Assembly (NCBI GenBank): GCA_965248355.1
Contig: OZ252098.1
Coordinates: 1,854,423-1,918,422, forward strand
Length of the DNA stretch: 64,000 nucleotides
Source: Candidatus Latescibacterota bacterium
Lineage (GTDB): Bacteria > Latescibacterota > UBA2968 > UBA8231
Direction: 5' to 3'
Shown in pieces: positions 60,978 to 64,000 of the stretch. A program made the position numbers and the translations under genes. Under the pieces are notes generated by a model that searched no databases, was not told the DNA's origin, and worked only from the letters and a program-made list of their open reading frames with translations. Each line of letters opens with the position of its first letter. Positions within the stretch are counted from its first letter, which is position 1.

Positions 60978-61997
60978 TCAGGGGCGGGCCTGCTCGACGA
61001 ACTGGATCCACAGGGGGCTCTCGCCGACGTCGCAGGTCTGGATCCGCTCCAGGGCGCCGCTGCCGGCGTCGATGCGGAAGACCGCCACCTTTCCCGAATT
61101 CTGCCCCGCGGAGTAGAGGTAACGCCCCGTCGGGTCCAGGTCGAAGAACCGGGGCGTGGGCTCGGTGGGCGTGTGTCCTTTGGGGGTGAGCCGGCCGTCG
61201 CCGGCGACCTCGAAGAGGGCCAGGCTGTCGTGGCCGCGGTTGGAGCCGTAGAGGTGCCGGCCGTCGGGGGTGATGGCGATCTCGGCCGTGGAATCCCCCT
61301 TGGCGGGGGCCCCATGGGGCAACGTGGAGAGGACCTGGAAGGAGGACAGGCGGCCGCTGGCCGGGTCGAAGTGGTGGGCGGAGACGGTGCAGCCGTCCTC
61401 GTTGATGGAGTAGAGGACGTCCAGGGAGGGGTGGAAGACGAAGTGGCGGGGCCCCTCCCCGGTCTCGGGCTGGACCTTGGGCGGGTCGTTGGGCGTCAGG
61501 GCGCCCGTCGCCTCGTCGAAGCGGAACTGGAAGATGGCGTTGGCCGGCATCGTGTGCGGCACGTAGGCGAAGCGGTTGGAGCGGTCGGTCTGGATGCTGT
61601 GGGCGTGGGTGTCGGTCTCGATCCACTGCAGCGGCTCCGGCGACAGGCGGCCGTCGGCCCCGATGCCGTGTACGGAGACGCCGCCGGCCCCGTAGTAGGT
61701 GGCCAGCAGGAAGCGGTCGGTGTTGTCCGTGGCCAGGTAGGGAGCCCCCTCGGAGACGGCCGTGGCGTCGATCTTCGACAGGGCGCCGGTCCTGCGGTCG
61801 AGGTCGTAGCTGACGTACTGCCCCAGGGAGCGCATGCAGGCGAAGAGGCGGCTGCCGTCCCGGTTGGTGGCCACGGCCCCCGGCGAGCCCCCCATGGCGA
61901 TATCGGGCTGCGGCTGAAGGGTCCCGCTCTCCTCGTCCATGAGGAAGTGGGACAGGAAATCGCTGCCTGCGTTCGACACGTACACGTGATAGGGCAT
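60978..61997 (-). CDS. 7-bladed beta-propeller lactonase (6-phosphogluconolactonase/3-carboxymuconate-cyclase type)
   Basis: MPYHVYVSNAGSDFLSHFLMDEESGTLQPQ...GAPYLATDNTDRFLLATYYGAGGVSVHGI...VPHTMPANAIFQFRFDEATGAL... resembles YbhE/Pgl-type lactonases. Confidence 0.75.
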   Translation of the reverse strand: MPYHVYVSNAGSDFLSHFLMDEESGTLQPQPDIAMGGSPGAVATNRDGSRLFACMRSLGQYVSYDLDRRTGALSKIDATAVSEGAPYLATDNTDRFLLATYYGAGGVSVHGIGADGRLSPEPLQWIETDTHAHSIQTDRSNRFAYVPHTMPANAIFQFRFDEATGALTPNDPPKVQPETGEGPRHFVFHPSLDVLYSINEDGCTVSAHHFDPASGRLSSFQVLSTLPHGAPAKGDSTAEIAITPDGRHLYGSNRGHDSLALFEVAGDGRLTPKGHTPTEPTPRFFDLDPTGRYLYSAGQNSGKVAVFRIDAGSGALERIQTCDVGESPLWIQFVEQARP

Positions 61998-62143
61998 GAC
62001 CTCTCCTCGTCCTTCGGTTGTCTGTCCTGGCCGTTTCTCGGGGCCCCGGCCGGACCGGGGGCCGCAGAAGATAGCGCCCCTTCCCGGGAGCGCGAGCCCC
62101 CGAGGTTGGCGGCCCCCGGCGCGGGGTCTACCGTTGTGCGGCC

Positions 62144-64000
62144 ATGAGAATCGGAATCCCCCAGGACTTCCGCCGCTACCTGTCCCTGCGCGGCGCCTCG
62201 GTGACGCGGGAGAGCGAAGCCGACCACCAGCCCCTGACCGCCCGCGCCCTGGCCGTGGGCACCTTCCTCTCCTTCTTCCTCGGCGTCGGCTCCAACTACG
62301 CCGACATCGTGATCAAGGGCAGCTACATGACCCTCGACATGAGCACGCCGGGGGCGATCTTCCTCTTCCTCTTCCTCGTGGGGTTCCTCAACACCCTCTT
62401 CAAGGCCACGGCGCGCGCCTGGTGGATCTCCGCCCTCGTCACCGCCGCCCTGGGCCTGGCCTGCGGCTACCAGTTCGCCCCCTTCGACCACCTGCCCCTG
62501 TACTCCCCCGGGGTGCTGCTGGCCGCCTTCCTGCTGACGGCCATGGCCGCCAACACCGTGCTCGCCGCCGGGGGCCGCAGCCTGGCCCTGAACCGGTCGG
62601 AGCTGATCGTCGTCTACATCATGCTCATCGTCGTCGCCTCGGTCTCGACCATGGGTGTGTGCGAGGCGATCCTGCCTTCGATCAGCGGCTTCTTCTACTA
62701 CGCCAACCCCGAGAACAAGTGGGAGCAGCTCCTCTTCCCCCACCTGCCGCCGGCGATCACCGTGAACGACGGCGCCGGCAACGAGGCCTTCTTCGAGGGT
62801 CTCGGCGCCGACGCCTACTTCGTGCCTTGGGAGCTGTGGCTGCGGCCGGTGGCCCTGTGGGGCATCTTCCTCGTCGCCCTCTACCTGGCCATGGTCGGCA
62901 TCGCCGTCATCCTGCGGCGCCAGTGGATGGACCGCGAGCGCCTCTCCTACCCGCTGGTGCAGGCCGCCCAGGTCATGATCCGCGGCGAGGAGCCCGGCCG
63001 CCTGGTCAACCCCTTCTTCCGGAGCCGCGTCATGTGGGCCGGCGCCGCCGTGCCCATGCTCGTGGGCCTGCTCACCGGCCTCAACAAGTACCTGGGCACC
63101 TTCCCCACCATCCCCACCGCCTGGACGATCCCCATCGGCTTCGGCCAGTCGATCAACATGACCCTCAGCTTCGCCGTCGTCGGGTTCTCCTACCTGATCG
63201 GACCGGACATCGCCGCCGGCATCTGGGGGTTCGCGCTGCTGTCGAAGCTGGAGAAGATGGTCTTCGTGGCCAACGGCGTGACCAAGCAGCAGGACGTGTG
63301 GGGCGTGCACGTGACGGAGTTGATGAACTACCAGGGCCTCGGCGCCCTGGTCCTGTTCGTCGCCCTGGGCCTGTGGGTCGGCCGCGAGCACCTGAAGCAG
63401 GTGGGCCGGTGCTTCCTCGGCCTCGACACGCCCCTGAGCGACGACGACGAGATCATGTCCTACCGCACCGCCGTGGTGGCCACCCTCCTGGGGACGGGGG
63501 TGATGGTGGGGTGGTTCGCCTTCATCGGCACGCCGCTGTGGGCCAGCCTCCTCTTCATCGCGCTGGTGATGGTCATCTTCACGGGCCTCTCGCGCATCGT
63601 CGCCGAGTCGGGCGTCTCCGCCATCATCACGCCCATGAACGCCCCCGACTTCATGATGTTCGGCCTCGGCTCCAAGCTCGTGGGCATCAAGGCGATCGCC
63701 AACTTCTCCCTCGGCTACATCTTCCTCGCCGACCTGCGCACCTTCCTCATGGGCGTCGTGGCCAGCGGTCTCAAGCTGATCGAGGGCATGAGCAAGCAGA
63801 GCCGCCGCGTGGTGATGCAGGCCATCCTCGTCGCCGTGTTCTTCGGCGTCGCGGGCTCCCTGTACACCGTGCTGGAGCTCTCCTACCGGGACGGCGGCAT
63901 CAACTTCAGCGGCTGGTTCTTCAAGAGCCTCCCCCTGCGCATGGGCAACACCGCCCTGAAAGGCATGGAGACGGAGGGGCTGTACTGGTCCGGTCTGGGC
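62144..64000 (+). CDS. large polytopic integral membrane protein, 5'-complete, runs off window end (>618 aa)
   Basis: ATG 62144 opens a continuous frame to the window end: MRIGIPQDFRRYLSLRGASVTRESEADHQPLTARALAVGTFLSFFLGVGSNYADIVIKGSYMTLDM... with more than 12 hydrophobic segments. It is absent from the ORF track because it has no stop. Family not recognised. Confidence 0.7.
   Translation, partial: MRIGIPQDFRRYLSLRGASVTRESEADHQPLTARALAVGTFLSFFLGVGSNYADIVIKGSYMTLDMSTPGAIFLFLFLVGFLNTLFKATARAWWISALVTAALGLACGYQFAPFDHLPLYSPGVLLAAFLLTAMAANTVLAAGGRSLALNRSELIVVYIMLIVVASVSTMGVCEAILPSISGFFYYANPENKWEQLLFPHLPPAITVNDGAGNEAFFEGLGADAYFVPWELWLRPVALWGIFLVALYLAMVGIAVILRRQWMDRERLSYPLVQAAQVMIRGEEPGRLVNPFFRSRVMWAGAAVPMLVGLLTGLNKYLGTFPTIPTAWTIPIGFGQSINMTLSFAVVGFSYLIGPDIAAGIWGFALLSKLEKMVFVANGVTKQQDVWGVHVTELMNYQGLGALVLFVALGLWVGREHLKQVGRCFLGLDTPLSDDDEIMSYRTAVVATLLGTGVMVGWFAFIGTPLWASLLFIALVMVIFTGLSRIVAESGVSAIITPMNAPDFMMFGLGSKLVGIKAIANFSLGYIFLADLRTFLMGVVASGLKLIEGMSKQSRRVVMQAILVAVFFGVAGSLYTVLELSYRDGGINFSGWFFKSLPLRMGNTALKGMETEGLYWSGLG

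Overview
This is a high-GC (roughly 65-70%) bacterial fragment with six-frame open reading frames throughout, so every CDS call rests on protein composition and recognisable family motifs rather than ORF length. Secreted proteins carrying a C-terminal T9SS/FlgD-Ig-type sorting domain suggest an uncultured high-GC FCB-superphylum-like lineage (inference only).

Layout of the window:
- 1-6.4 kb is an IS graveyard: an ISKra4-family transposase (truncated at the window edge) with a ~85-bp remnant copy at 6.3 kb, an IS256-family element, a third transposase fragment, a CusA/CzcA-type RND pump pseudogene, and a low-GC glycine-zipper ORF.
- 6.4-31.9 kb is chromosomal core. It holds a DUF362/PA14-like secreted giant, a hypothetical and a DUF72 gene in a coupled operon; a 1138-aa internally duplicated CPBP (CAAX-type) intramembrane protease coupled to a tandem double-SDR epimerase; proS and thrS with a structured leader; MOSC, an acetolactate-synthase-like TPP enzyme and dCMP deaminase; two tandem T9SS-type cargo proteins (a di-CxxCH haem protein and an SGDH-like propeller); a sialidase-like protein; creatininase; rhaM; and a Zn-ADH.
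- 31.9-39.2 kb is a lower-GC accessory island with a class II Fic protein, DUF2442, an IS3 element, an AAA_21 ATPase plus DUF4276 (Toprim-like) candidate defence pair, and an IS630 element.
- 39.2-64 kb is a sugar/sugar-acid scavenging neighbourhood (Gfo/Idh/MocA x3, TIM-barrel isomerase, sialidases, PhyH x2, lactonase, enolase-superfamily racemase) interspersed with eukaryote-like-domain proteins (ankyrin, HEAT/TPR, LamG, a thioredoxin-P4H fusion) and large multi-domain secreted proteins.

The most notable finding is that the IS3 insertion clipped the DUF4276 gene's 3' end, and the IS630 sits inside a lipoprotein redoxin gene whose CxxC nucleophile codon is an in-frame TGA, making it a candidate selenoprotein. 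Three secreted-protein genes also lack a canonical start codon ahead of their signal peptide, with CTG the only candidate.

No rRNA, tRNA or CRISPR array was recognised. All family assignments come from reading motifs by eye and need database confirmation.
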